Source of the DNA: Planctomycetota bacterium
GTDB taxonomy: Bacteria > Planctomycetota > UBA8108 > SXIK01
Assembly (NCBI GenBank): GCA_965223265.1
Contig: OZ244999.1
Location: 6,592,001 to 6,656,000, forward strand
DNA: 64,000 bases
Reading direction: 5' to 3'
The notes under the pieces were generated by a model. It was not told where the DNA came from. It worked only from the letters and a program-made list of their open reading frames with translations, and did not search any database. Positions 1-11,400 of the stretch are shown one piece after another (position 1 is the stretch's first letter; every line of letters begins with the position of its first letter). The position numbers and the translations under genes are program-made.

Positions 1-214
1 GAACCATGTGCCCTGAAGGCTTTTCGGCCTTTGCGCGGGACGGAGTGCAACCGCCGCAACCGGGACTCGGAAGGGTCGCAGTTCACCCTCGGAGCGGCTA
101 CAGCTCACAGCTCGCCGTCCGTCCCCACAGCCTCCGCAAACACGCGTCGCGGGCGGGGGAGCGAGGTGCGAGTTCGCGACCGCTTCGGTCCCAAGTCAAC
201 GTCCCGACGGCACT

Positions 215-463
215 TCAAGCACGGCGACTGGCGTCCTGCTCCTGGACAAGCCGCATGATCTCCTTCAGGCTATGGTGCTCACGCAGTCGCTTGATCAGCT
301 CCAGACGATCGAACACCTCCTCAGGGTACAGCCGATGCCCTGACTCAGTGCGCTCCGCTTCCGTGATGAGCCCCAGCATGGTGTAGTTGTGGATCGTCTG
401 CCGCGACAGCTCCGAGTAGCGCATCACTTCGCCGATCTTGAACAGCTTCTTCGGTCGCGGCAT
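215..463 (-). CDS. MerR-family HTH transcriptional regulator
   Basis: FKIGEVMRYSELSRQTIHNYTMLGLI...RTESGHRLY is the MerR HTH signature; 82 aa. Confidence 0.9.
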   Translation of the reverse strand: MPRPKKLFKIGEVMRYSELSRQTIHNYTMLGLITEAERTESGHRLYPEEVFDRLELIKRLREHHSLKEIMRLVQEQDASRRA

Positions 464-788
464 GGTCAGTCAGTCTCTTCGTTGCAGTCGCCCGCTCCGC
501 TACCGGCGAGGCAATCTCCGTAAATACCTTGTCGAGCATCGGGGCCGAGAATCTTGAGTCGTTTACAAATTATAAAGTGTCTCCGGCGCCAAGCGAGACG
601 GGCGCCGCGCGCTGGGCCTGCCGAAAACCTAGAATCACCCGCACGCCGGACTGACCTTCGTCTCTTGCGCCGCGTCGAGCTGAGCGTGCGCACCTTTGCC
701 GAACCCCGGGCGGCCCGCCGCTGATAAGATGGTTGTTTGTCGGGCGACTCAGCTCGGTTCTGGCCTCATCGGAGTGGAGGACCTCAAC

Positions 789-962
789 GTGGATAAGAAA
801 GCCAAGAAGAAGATCCAGTTGCTCAACAAAAAAATCTCGAGCCTGCGCCAACAGCTGAAAGGAGCGAAGACTCAACTCGACGACAAGAGTGAAGTTGCTG
901 ACATGGAAGCCCAGCTCGCCAACCTGCTGAAAGAACTCGAAGCGACGAAGCAGTCCGGCTGA
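789..962 (+). CDS. small coiled-coil hypothetical protein (57 aa)
   Basis: GGAGG RBS upstream of GTG at 789; MDKKAKKKIQLLNKKISSLRQQLKGAK has heptad character; start revised from the ORF track. Confidence 0.7.
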   Translation: MDKKAKKKIQLLNKKISSLRQQLKGAKTQLDDKSEVADMEAQLANLLKELEATKQSG

Positions 963-1036
963 GCGACAAGCGCAGCAAAGAACTGCGCCGCCGCGGACAA
1001 GACTCCGAGCCGAGACAGCACGCCGTAGCCCCTATT

Positions 1037-2932
1037 GTGAATTCGACTAGCGAACCAGATTCGAACTATCGTGCCGTAGAAATCGTCGAGCGGCTGACGG
1101 AACAGATGCGCTCGCTTCCTGATCTCGGTAGCCAACGCCTCGCCGAGCTGCGGAACGCCACGCTTGTGCTTCTCGAGACCAAGCTTTTGCCGGAGACTCG
1201 CATCGAGTCTCTGCCGGTGTTCGTCGCCGTTCGCGGCGGTGCCAATGTCGGCAAAACGACGGTGTTCAACGCCCTCGCCGGACAACTGATCTCCCCGTCC
1301 ACCGTCCAGGCAGGCTCTACCCGACACCCTCTCGTTTTCCTCCACGAGAAATGGCGCAGTGCGTTCTTTCCGACGCCATGCTTGGCGGGTGTCGAATGCC
1401 GCGAGCTCAAAGACCCCAGAGAGCTACTCGAAGACGCAGATCGCTCCGACCTGCTCTTTTTCCGTTTTCATGACAGCGCCCGGTCGGAATCGCTCGCCCT
1501 CATCGACTCACCTGACGCGGACAGTTCCGAGCCTTTCAACAGAATTGGGTCGCGCCGTGCCAGCGCCTTGGCGGATCTCACCGTGTTCGTGACGACAGCA
1601 CAGAAGTACAACGACCTCGTGCTCGTTGACGACCTCATCGAAACGCTGCAGCGCCAGGCGCGTGTTTACGCGGTGTTCAACTGTGTTGGAGAAGATGTAG
1701 TTTTTGAGACACTCCTCGCCGATCTGAAGCGGGTCTTGGCGCGGACGCCCGGGCTCCCTGCTCTCTCAGGTGCGTGGAGGCTTCCACTGAGTCACCACCG
1801 ACACCCCGAGGAAGACCTGGGACCGTTCTTGCGGCAAAACCTCGTCGACGAACTTGGTTCTCTGCAGGCCGAGCAGGTCAAACCGAAACTCCTGCGCAGC
1901 ACCGTCGCAACCATCAAGACGAGCACTGATGCCATCACGGACGAGCTCGCCGGAGAGACGGAATTTCAGTCACAGCTCGCGACTCTGATTGAGCTTCAGA
2001 GAAAAGAGTGCACAGACGCCTACGCTGCCGCGTCTCGCCTTGCGTTCCCAGAAGAAAGCGCAGCCTTGGCGAAGGTTCTGCGCTACACCGAAGTTGGCTC
2101 GTTGATCGAGTCGTGGAGTCGGATCGAAAACGCCAATCGCTTGCTCAAGACGTTTGGCCGTGGCATGCGTCTCGTCAACGAAAAAGTCCGTCGTCTTCTG
2201 CTCCTTCTCGCACGGCGCCATGAGGGAACAGTGTCGGAAGAGCGAGGCGGTCTGGAGGAGTACATCGAGACTCGTGACCAGAGTGACGCCGACGCGGCGA
2301 CGAAACACGCCGAGAGTCTGCGCGTTCGCATTGAGAGTTTTCTACGCGATCACGAAGCGACGTCCGCCACGGCGAGGCACCTGCTAGCGAACCATTCAAC
2401 ACCGTCGCAAGCACGCGAGTTCGCTCCCGGTTTTCACGATGCATACCTCGAACACGTTCGAACCATGCCGGACCGTGGTTCGGATCTTTTGCCGCGTGTG
2501 GACGCATGGATCGAAGCGAACCGCTCTACCGTCCGCACACTACAGGCGCTGAGTATGCTATTCAAAATCGGTCTAGGACTCACCGTGGCGTATATCCTGC
2601 CCCCAGCCACGGGCTTCTTCCAAGGCCTGTTTCACATCCTCAAGTGGTTCTATTTCTCCCTTGGCTACCTAGGCGCCAGCTACCTCCTCGCCGTGATCGT
2701 CTCGAAGCGCCTGCCAGACCGAGCAAGATTTCGTGCAGCGCGGCGTACAGCCCTCGAAAACAAAATCGACGAGAGGCTGCTCGAACCGCTGCGCACGGCG
2801 GTGGACGGTCTTCACAGCAAGTCCACGTGCCAAGAGATCTCGCGGCTAACGCACGAGTTGAGCCGCGCGGTCCGCAGCGGCCAAGAGCCCGAGGCTGCGG
2901 CCGCGCAAGTCGAGAGCTCGGGGGACGCTTGA
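1037..2932 (+). CDS. dynamin-like/GTPase-domain membrane protein
   Basis: P-loop GGANVGKT, G2 STRHP, G3-like DSPD, then a helical region and two hydrophobic segments near the C-terminus. Confidence 0.8.
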   Translation: MNSTSEPDSNYRAVEIVERLTEQMRSLPDLGSQRLAELRNATLVLLETKLLPETRIESLPVFVAVRGGANVGKTTVFNALAGQLISPSTVQAGSTRHPLVFLHEKWRSAFFPTPCLAGVECRELKDPRELLEDADRSDLLFFRFHDSARSESLALIDSPDADSSEPFNRIGSRRASALADLTVFVTTAQKYNDLVLVDDLIETLQRQARVYAVFNCVGEDVVFETLLADLKRVLARTPGLPALSGAWRLPLSHHRHPEEDLGPFLRQNLVDELGSLQAEQVKPKLLRSTVATIKTSTDAITDELAGETEFQSQLATLIELQRKECTDAYAAASRLAFPEESAALAKVLRYTEVGSLIESWSRIENANRLLKTFGRGMRLVNEKVRRLLLLLARRHEGTVSEERGGLEEYIETRDQSDADAATKHAESLRVRIESFLRDHEATSATARHLLANHSTPSQAREFAPGFHDAYLEHVRTMPDRGSDLLPRVDAWIEANRSTVRTLQALSMLFKIGLGLTVAYILPPATGFFQGLFHILKWFYFSLGYLGASYLLAVIVSKRLPDRARFRAARRTALENKIDERLLEPLRTAVDGLHSKSTCQEISRLTHELSRAVRSGQEPEAAAAQVESSGDA

Positions 2933-3035
2933 CCTCGTAGCGGGCACACGCCACGGCGTGCCGTCCGCTCACTTGTCAGTCCTGAGCACCGAGTCACCTC
3001 GACACAGGCACGGGTTCACAGAGGTTAACTTAACG

Positions 3036-3806
3036 TTAAGGCACGGGGTCATAACCGCCGCGTGCCAGCGGATGGCAGCGCAGTAGACGCCGCGAACCAA
3101 GCCACAATCCACGCAACACGCCGTGGCGGCTCACCGCTTCACAACAAAACTCGCTGCACGTCGGGTGGAACCGGCACGCCGCGGGAAGCAGAGGCGACAG
3201 GCGTCGCTTGTAGAATCGCAGGCAGCAAACAACCGCACGTTGAAGCGGCGCGGCGTCGGCGCCTAGCGCGTCGCTGCCCTCGGCCACGGAGCGATTCGCG
3301 CCGCTACTCGCTGGCTTTGCTTGGTGCGTTCGAGACGCTGAATGAGTGCCATCGCGTCGAGCTCGACCGCCTCCAGACGCGCTTTTTGCGCCGCCAGAAT
3401 CGGTCCGGCCGCTATGCCTGCCACGCCCCGGGCGCCGGCGTCGCGGTCGCGGCCGCGGCCGAAACGGAGGCGCGCCAGACTCGATGAAGGCAATGCAATC
3501 CCTAAATGCTGCGTCGAATTCGGCAAGAGAGTGAAGGGCCGTCGGCACGAAAACGATGTCGTGGTTCCGCGGCAACGCGCTCTTGTGGCGTCGAAACGTC
3601 TCACGCAGCAGACGCTTCAGCCTTGAGCGTACCGGAGAATTACCCAGTTTCTTCCGCACGACAAGGCCGAGCCGGGAGTCGTCGCGGGCGGTTGGCATGT
3701 AGTGGATGACGAGGTAGCGAGTCCGATAGAGAAACCCGTCGCGGAACACCCGACGATAATCGAGCGGTGTCTTGAGGCGCTCTGCCGGTCTCAAGGTCTG
3801 ACTCAT
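3036..3806 (-). CDS. rnpA-yidD: fusion of ribonuclease P protein component (RnpA) and membrane protein insertion efficiency factor YidD
   Basis: N-terminal [13 protein letters not shown]...[28 protein letters not shown] (RnpA); C-terminal [22 protein letters not shown]...[10 protein letters not shown]...GGYDPVP (YidD); one frame with no internal stop. Confidence 0.88.
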   Translation of the reverse strand: MSQTLRPAERLKTPLDYRRVFRDGFLYRTRYLVIHYMPTARDDSRLGLVVRKKLGNSPVRSRLKRLLRETFRRHKSALPRNHDIVFVPTALHSLAEFDAAFRDCIAFIESGAPPFRPRPRPRRRRPGRGRHSGRTDSGGAKSASGGGRARRDGTHSASRTHQAKPASSGANRSVAEGSDALGADAAPLQRAVVCCLRFYKRRLSPLLPAACRFHPTCSEFCCEAVSRHGVLRGLWLGSRRLLRCHPLARGGYDPVP

Positions 3807-4086
3807 CGTTACCAACTATAGACTCTTTATAGACTCTCCCCCGACGCCCTCCAAACAGCGGCGAGCCGAAGGCGTCTCTTGCCGTCATTTATCGCAGGTT
3901 ATGGGGTCTACTCCGTTATCGTCGGCTGCCGCATCTTCATACGATACTCGAGCGCATGGCCCGCTCAACCCTGAGGCCTGAAAAAGGAGCACGGATCTAC
4001 ATAACCTCGGAGGCATGATCCCGCGGCGCAGAGTTGTTCTCCATGCCCAGGCGACATAACGCTCGCCACCGCTCCATGTGGCGAGC

Positions 4087-4114
4087 TTGACAGCGTCACC
4101 TAGGGGCATAGAAT
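4087..4114 (+). promoter_or_regulatory. sigma70-type promoter for the lolCE-lolD pair
   Basis: TTGACA-N16-TAGAAT, followed by an AGGAG RBS and TTG start at 4157. Confidence 0.6.
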
Positions 4115-4156
4115 CCTGTTTCGCCGGACCTCCTTAGCGCCATCAGGAGTTGATCT

Positions 4157-5710
4157 TTGCACAGCGTCATCGGCACGGCTTTCCATCCCCGAACCATCGT
4201 CGTCCTCGTCAGCGTCGGTGTCGTTCTGTGCGTGGTCCTCGTGGCGCTCAACAGAAGCTCGCGCCCCTATCAGACAAGCCTCAGCCGCCGCTACCTATTC
4301 CGCCGCTTCTCGGCGTTCGCCGCGTTCCTGTCGATTGGCTTCGGTGTCGCGGTCATCCTCATCGTCCTCAGCATCATGGGCGGCTATCTGGCAGAGTTCC
4401 GCAAGAAACTTCGAGGACAGGTTTCCGATGTCGTCGTGGAAAGTCGCGAATACTACGGCCTTACAGGGGCGCGCGAGATCAAGACGCGCCTCAGCGGCAT
4501 CGACAACGTCGCGGCGACCTCGACATTCGTCGAGTCGCTGGCTATGTTTCGCAGCCTGGAGCAATTCAACCCTTGCGAGTTGATCGGCATTGATATTGAC
4601 CGTCACCTAGCGGTCAGCGATCTAGGAAGCTATACACTTCGCCCAGAGGAGCTGACTGACGTGCTGTCGCGCGCAGAGCGAGACGCAGACGGCGCCATCG
4701 CGACAGCTTCGAGTCGCCAGATCATCGCTACGGAATTGGTCGACGGGCTCCTGCGTTCACCTGATCGCCCCCCCCTATCGAACGAAGAGTTCGCGCAGCT
4801 CTTCAACGTCGAGACAAGGCGTGAAGTCCTACGGCAGCACAATCACCCAGAGGTATTCCGGGAGCTCCAGCGCGCCCCGCCACAAGGCGTTTTGGTGGGC
4901 GCTCAATTACTTTTTGAGGGTTCCTTGTTCCTCGGTCAAGTACTCAGCGTCGTGACGGTGAAGCCTGGCACCACCGAACATACAGACCTTCAGCTAGTGG
5001 TTGTGGGCGCGTTCAAGACCGGCGCGTTCGAGGCGGATTCTCAGATCCTCTACACCAACGTCCAAACGCTGCGAAACGCCCTAGAACTCTACGATCCAGA
5101 AACTGGCGCACGTCGTTACCAGGGGCTGAAAGTCGCGATCGCTGACCATTCGCGCTTCGAGGAGACACTTGATGAAATCAGGTCGGCACTTGCCGTTCAT
5201 TCACCCGAACTGCGGGCCAGTGCGTGGTATGAACGACGACGCACGACGATGATGGCGGTCGAGCGCGAAATGTTCGTGATCTATTTTCTGCTCGTTCTCC
5301 TCGTCGCTTTCACCGCCTGTATGATTTTGCTCATGCTGCTTCTCACCGTGATCGAGAAGACCCGAGACATCGGAATCTTACTTGCACTCGGCGCAACGCC
5401 TGCCGGCATCGTGCGCGTTTTTCTCATCAACGGACTGACGCTCACTCTGGCAGGCACGATGGCAGGCCTATTGGGCGGCTACGCGTTCTGCCGCAAGATC
5501 AACGAAATCCATGCGGCGTTTCATGGTTTGACGGGGATCCATTTGTTCCCTCCCGAAATCTACGACATGGATAGAATCCCGGTTCGGTTTGACCCTTCGG
5601 ACGTCCTTTTGAGCGTCGCTCCCGCCCTCTTGCTGGGTTTCCTCGCCAGTTTGGTGCCGGCAGTTTGGGCTTCCCGCCATGATCCTGTTAAGGCCATTCA
5701 TCAAGAATGA
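4157..5710 (+). CDS. lolC: lipoprotein-releasing ABC transporter permease (LolC/E, FtsX-like)
   Basis: SIGFGVAVILIVLSIMGG, VIEKTRDIGILLALGA, FPPEIYDMDRIP and PAVWASRHDPV motifs. Confidence 0.88.
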   Translation: MHSVIGTAFHPRTIVVLVSVGVVLCVVLVALNRSSRPYQTSLSRRYLFRRFSAFAAFLSIGFGVAVILIVLSIMGGYLAEFRKKLRGQVSDVVVESREYYGLTGAREIKTRLSGIDNVAATSTFVESLAMFRSLEQFNPCELIGIDIDRHLAVSDLGSYTLRPEELTDVLSRAERDADGAIATASSRQIIATELVDGLLRSPDRPPLSNEEFAQLFNVETRREVLRQHNHPEVFRELQRAPPQGVLVGAQLLFEGSLFLGQVLSVVTVKPGTTEHTDLQLVVVGAFKTGAFEADSQILYTNVQTLRNALELYDPETGARRYQGLKVAIADHSRFEETLDEIRSALAVHSPELRASAWYERRRTTMMAVEREMFVIYFLLVLLVAFTACMILLMLLLTVIEKTRDIGILLALGATPAGIVRVFLINGLTLTLAGTMAGLLGGYAFCRKINEIHAAFHGLTGIHLFPPEIYDMDRIPVRFDPSDVLLSVAPALLLGFLASLVPAVWASRHDPVKAIHQE

Positions 5711-6498
5711 CACAGTCAAATTCACACGACTCACGAGCCGAGACGAATCAAACGACGACGGCAGAAGAGGGCCGAGAGGTCGGCGAGGCGATCTATCGAG
5801 CGGAGCGCATCACGAAGGACTATGTAATTCACAGCGGCAGCATCTCCGTCCTCAAGGGTGTCGAGTTTCAGATTCATCGAGGCGAAATCATTTCAGTCGT
5901 TGGCATGTCGGGAGTGGGCAAGAGTACGCTTCTCAACATCCTCGGGCTTCTGGACACGCCGACGTCGGGCCGCCTCGTCTACCGCGGTCGCGACGAGAGT
6001 TTGAGAGACCGTGACCTCACGACTCTCAATGCACGCCGACGCGCGGAAGTGCGGAATCGGGAGTTCGGTTTCGTCTTTCAGTTCTATCACCTCTTGCCTG
6101 ATTTATCCGTGCTCGAGAACGTGCTCCTTCCGGCCATGATCAGCCATCGGGGTGGCGCTTACAGAAAACTTCGCAAAGAGCTAACGGCACGAGCTAACGC
6201 CTTGCTCGAACAGGTCGGCATCGCGTCGCGACGAGACTTCTCCCCGACTCGCCTCTCGGGCGGCGAACGCCAACGCGCGGCGATCGCACGCGCGCTGATG
6301 AACGAGCCAGAAATCTTGTTCTGCGACGAACCAACCGGCAATCTTGATACTGCGACGGGCGAGAAGATTCATAAAGTGCTGCTTGAGCTCAACCGTTCGA
6401 CAGCCGTCGCGCTTGTCCTCGTGACCCACGAGGGTAGCTTGGCCAACCTCGCAGACCGAAAGCTCTCCATGCGCGATGGACTTTTCGTCGAAGCTTGA
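5707..6498 (+). CDS. lolD: lipoprotein-releasing ABC transporter ATP-binding protein
   Basis: Walker A GMSGVGKS, GFVFQFYHLL, LSGGE signature, DEPTGNLD; ATGA overlap with the permease. Confidence 0.92.
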   Translation: MTQSNSHDSRAETNQTTTAEEGREVGEAIYRAERITKDYVIHSGSISVLKGVEFQIHRGEIISVVGMSGVGKSTLLNILGLLDTPTSGRLVYRGRDESLRDRDLTTLNARRRAEVRNREFGFVFQFYHLLPDLSVLENVLLPAMISHRGGAYRKLRKELTARANALLEQVGIASRRDFSPTRLSGGERQRAAIARALMNEPEILFCDEPTGNLDTATGEKIHKVLLELNRSTAVALVLVTHEGSLANLADRKLSMRDGLFVEA

Positions 6499-6901
6499 GC
6501 CTGGGCCCCGCGACACCGGCGAGATCTCCATGCATCGTGGGATCATCTCCAAGAGTTGGCGAGCAGTCACTCGTCCTGTCAACAGCTGGCGAACAATTCC
6601 CTTAGGCGAGCCACGATTCGTCGCTCTTCCGTGCGACTCGGAAAGGAAAGAAAAAATGGTCTTTACGAGATGAGGAAAAGTTCAGAGAATCGCAGCAGGC
6701 CGTTCGTTGAGTGACGTGGCTTTGGAATCGAATCTTCAAAGCCTCCGGAACGGCCGCGGCGACGCGTGCGGACTCCGTGACCGAATCGAGTCTTGACGCA
6801 CTCTATCCAACGACTCGATTCCTCGGCCGCATGACGGTACGGGGGACTGCGTTAGCCGCCCCAGAAATGCACATCCTCGCACAGCGGACGGAGACTCCTT
6901 C

Positions 6902-8416
6902 ATGGCGATCTTGCGCGTCAAGCAGGGCCCCAACGAGGGCAAGTACTACGAACTCAACAAGGATAGCCTGACGATCGGCCGAGAGCCCGGAGACGGGATC
7001 ATCATCCCAGACACTGGCGTTTCGAGGAAGCATGCGGAAGTCATCGCGATAGGCGAAGTCTTCTTCATTCGCGACCTCGACAGCCGCAACGGAACGTTCG
7101 TGAACGATCAGGCTGTGCAGGAGGAAATCCTCCGGTATGGCGATCGGATTCGCGTCGGCAACACGACGCTCCTGTTCGAAGACAAGCTGTCGTACCTGCA
7201 GGACACGGGACGGCTGATTAAGGATAGCGCCCTAGCGGGCGTCAACCCGAGCTCGACGATCCAGTTCAGCCTCACAAGCGTGCCAGGCACCGCGGCCCAC
7301 GCCGACGTCGACACCGCGGAAAAGCGTGATCTGAATCTTCTCTTTCATATCGCCCACATCATCGGCGAAGAACGAAACCTCTCGGTCATCCACCAGCGCG
7401 TCGCCGAGCTCTTTGGCAGGAACATCGAAGCCGATCATGTCTACGTTCTCTGGACGAGTCGAGACGGCGACAAGGAATTCGAGATTCATGGTCGCTATCA
7501 CGCGAATCCCGACGAGATTGAAAGTGATGACACGCACGGCATCTCGCGCGGCATCGTCAAAGATTGCACAACTCTTCAGCGTGCGACTCTCACTGCAGAC
7601 GCATCGCTGGATCAACAGTTTAGTGCCATGGAGAGCGTCGTAGCCAACCAGCTCCACTCGGTGATGTGTGTACCAATTACAGTTCTGGGAAAGACCCTCG
7701 GCGCTCTTTATACCTACTCGCACCGCGCCGACGCTTTCAGTCCTGAGGACCTTGAGCTTGCGTCGGTCATTGGAATCCAACTTGGTACGGCGGTCGGCCT
7801 ACTCAATGTCGTCCGCAACAGCGATCGATTTTTCCGAGACTCCGTCGGTGTGATCGTCTCGGCGAGCGAGATGCGAACGCCAGAAGCTCGAGGCAACTGC
7901 GAGCGCATGGCGACGTATTCCCTGGCGATAGGTAAGGAACTTGGATTCGAGACGCATGCGCTGCGCAACACATGGCTTGCCGGCATGCTCCACAACATCG
8001 GCCTCATCCCGATGACAGACAGCGAGCGTCGGCAAGAGCTAACTCTCGAAACCAAAAAGAACCACTACGCGCGTGAACTTCTCAAACGCGTTCCAGCACT
8101 CGAGGAAATCCTTCCCGGTATCGAGAGTCAGAACGAGCACTTCGACGGTACGGGCGCACCGGAAGGCAAAAAGGGCAAAGAGATCCCCCTTTTGGCGCGC
8201 ATCCTGGCCGTCGCAGGCGAATTCGACCACTTACTCTACGGCGTCTCTGAAATTGGCGAAGAGATGAGCATCAAGGCCGCACTTCTCAAGATTCGAGACA
8301 ACGCCGGAAAGAAGTTTGACCCCGAGGTTGTCAAGGCGATGCTCATTGCCTACCGCAAGGGACGGCTCTTCAACCAAAAGGAAGAGTTTTTCGAAATCCC
8401 TTTGACGTCAGAGTAG
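6902..8416 (+). CDS. FHA-GAF-HD-GYP-like signalling protein with a degenerate HD-GYP domain
   Basis: FHA motifs IGR, VSRKHA, SRNGTFVN; GAF SVMCVPI...GALY; C-terminal EIPLLARILAVA...FDPEVV. Confidence 0.88.
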   Translation: MAILRVKQGPNEGKYYELNKDSLTIGREPGDGIIIPDTGVSRKHAEVIAIGEVFFIRDLDSRNGTFVNDQAVQEEILRYGDRIRVGNTTLLFEDKLSYLQDTGRLIKDSALAGVNPSSTIQFSLTSVPGTAAHADVDTAEKRDLNLLFHIAHIIGEERNLSVIHQRVAELFGRNIEADHVYVLWTSRDGDKEFEIHGRYHANPDEIESDDTHGISRGIVKDCTTLQRATLTADASLDQQFSAMESVVANQLHSVMCVPITVLGKTLGALYTYSHRADAFSPEDLELASVIGIQLGTAVGLLNVVRNSDRFFRDSVGVIVSASEMRTPEARGNCERMATYSLAIGKELGFETHALRNTWLAGMLHNIGLIPMTDSERRQELTLETKKNHYARELLKRVPALEEILPGIESQNEHFDGTGAPEGKKGKEIPLLARILAVAGEFDHLLYGVSEIGEEMSIKAALLKIRDNAGKKFDPEVVKAMLIAYRKGRLFNQKEEFFEIPLTSE

Positions 8417-8457
8417 CCGTCTCAAGAGCTAGCTTCGAAGCGGTGACGCACGAGGGT

Positions 8458-11400
8458 TTAAGCGACTCCGATGTCGAACTCGAGTTGCTGGTAGGCGAAC
8501 GGGACGAGGTTGAGAAACGGCTGTAGAAGCCAGAGGCTGCCCGTGCCTTGCCCCGGTAACTTTGCGTCGGTCATGTAGAGGACACCGCGGTGCGTCGCCG
8601 TGATCTGCACCGACAACACGACGAGGGACGTCAAGGAGATGTTCGCGGCGCGCAAGTGACCGGCGGTCGCTTGATCATCGGCCATATCGGCGACGATCAA
8701 GGACTCGCCCTTAGCCAGCACGCCCTCGATCACATCGAGGCACAGAATACCCTCTGGTTCGACCTCCAACGCCCCTGCGGAGCTTCGCGCCGCCTCGAGG
8801 CTGAGGTTTTGACCGTTTACGGTCAACCAAAGCGCCGCGTCCCCTCGAAACACCTCGAGTAGTTCATCGAGGAAACGGTCCAGGAATACCTGCACCGAGA
8901 TATCCGACTGCATGAACACCATCAGGTCGTTGACGCGACGCAGGGAGTCCTCGGCGCTGAGCACAGCAGGTTCGTTGGTGTCGCTCTCAGCTGGACTCTT
9001 CGCGGGAGACGACGACTTCTCCGCCTTCGGGATAACCACGCTCTGGCGCCAGTCACGAAATCGCTTCTTCTGCTGCGCCGCATAGTCGTTCCGAAATTCT
9101 TCCGGGAGAATGTCGAACACTTCACGGAATCGCTTCTCCGCGGCTTTGTAGTACTGGGTAGCTTCACGCAAGAGGCGCAAACGGACGAGAGTCTCCGCCA
9201 TTTCAAAATTCGCCTCGCCTGCAAGCTCCGGTGCGACTTGGGAGTCACAGAGAGAGAGTGATTTCTCCAGCAACTGCAAGGCCTCGTTCGCGCCCTCTTC
9301 ACCTGCTTCGCGCTTCAACCTGGCTTCTTCCATGAGGCACTGCACGCGGAGGTGACGGCTATCCATCTCCTCAGCGTAGCACTTCCCTTCAGTCACCATC
9401 CCAGCACCTTCGGCATGGTTGCCTCTCAAGCGCTGGAGCGCGGCGATCTGCAGCAACACTTCGCAGAGACCACAGCGATTCCCTTGTTTAGTGAACGCCG
9501 TCAGAGCGCGGAAGAAATTCCCCTCCGCCTTGGAAAACTCGCCTTGTTCGCGCAGCGCGGCACCTCGAACGACGTAGTTCTGAATGTTCAGGTAGCGCAT
9601 GCTGTACTCTTTCGAGAGTTTCATCGATTCATCGAGGCTCTCCCAACCCTTGTCCGGCTGACCGACTTTGAAGTAGAGCCGTGAGAAGTTGTGCAGCGTC
9701 AGCGCGCGACCGTAGGGATCGCCGATTTCTTCGCTCGTGGCGAGCGCTCGACCAAGGTGCTCCAAGGCTTCGCCATACTCACACCCGACAAGAAAGGCGG
9801 CGGCAAGGTGATTCAGCGAGACGATCGTTTCAGGGATATTCTCGAGATTCTCCTTAATCTCGAGACTCCGACGATGGTACTTGATCGCTTCGCCGATGTT
9901 CCCCTTGTAGAAGTTAGCGCTACCGATGGTGTTGAACACCATTGCATGTTCAAGGCGTTCGGGAACATGCTCGATGACTCGCAGAGCTTCGAGTGAGATC
10001 GCCATGGCCTTGTCGTACTTCCCCATGTTGACATAGACCCACCCGATGCTGTTGAACATCCAAATGCGCTCGATCACGAGATCGTTCTTGCCGAAATTGG
10101 CCAAGTAGTTTCTCGCGTCCTTGTAGCACGTCAGAGCCGAGTCATAGTCGCCCTGTATCTCGTAGACACGGCCTCGGCTGATGTACAACTTGACCACGCG
10201 CTTCGGATCGAGAGATTCGAGCCCCTCGTCGCCCAGGACGACGCTGTAGCTGCGTTCCGCCATTTCGTAGCGACCCATGATCGTGCACAGCTCTCCGAGC
10301 TTCTCGTGCACCTCGACCCACAGCTCAAACCGATCGGCGTCTCCGTCCACCTGTTCCATCACGTACAGGTAGTACTCGCACGCGTCTTCGTTGGCATAGA
10401 TCGCCTTGAGGCGATCCCCTGCCATCATCGCTGTTTCGATCGCCCGGCTGGTCTGGTCACTACGTTGAAAGTGGAACGCCAGTTCTTCGAGGATCTCCTC
10501 TTCGCGGCCGCGGTACACCTCTTCGTAAACCGCAGCGACGTCGCCATGATATCGACGCTTCGTCTCCTCCTCCATGCGATCGTACAGAATCTCACGCATC
10601 TTCGTCTGCTCGATCTGAAAGCGAATCTTACCGCCTTCGAAGGACTTGGAGATCAACCCACTCTGCTCGAGCTCTCGCAGTTCTACAAGCAACGGCACGT
10701 TCGCGAAACGCTCGAATCGTTGGAGGAATCTCGGTGCCGTTGGCTTGTCCAAAACGCTCAAGAGTTCAAGGACTTCTCGCTTTCGTACGTCGAGCTTATC
10801 GAACCGACCGGTGAGCATGTCCTCCATGTTCTGAGGAATGTCGATGCAGTCATAGTTCGCGGCTTTGATGCTCCAACCATCAGCAGAGTGCCTAAGAATC
10901 CCCTCGTCCTGAAGCGTCTTCAGCGTCTCGACGATAAAAAGCGGATTGCCACCGGTCTTCTCCGCAAGCTTGGCGACAAAGCGCTGTGGCACGTCCGTAA
11001 AACTCAGCATTGCGCAGAGAAACTCATAGATCTGAGCTTCCTTGAGCGAGCGGACAATGAGGTCGGTGGATTGTCCAGCCAGTCGCCACTTCTCGAGAAG
11101 ACCGGCCAAACTTTCGGGCGCCGGCTCTTCAGGTCGCATACTCACGACCAGTAGCATCTTCACCGACCTTGAGCTCCGGAGCTCGGCGAGACGTTCGGCA
11201 AAGTGCTCCAAGAGGTCGAGACTTGCATCGTCGACCCAATGCAGGTTGTTGATGATCATCACGTACGGCGAGCTCTCCGCCGCTTCAATCAACAACTGGG
11301 ACACGCGCTCAATGAAGTAGAGCCGCTCTTTGTCGAGCCGCGCGCCTCCTTCGTCGTCTGCGTTACGCTTCGGAAGCTCCGGTAGCAGCTTCGTGATCTC

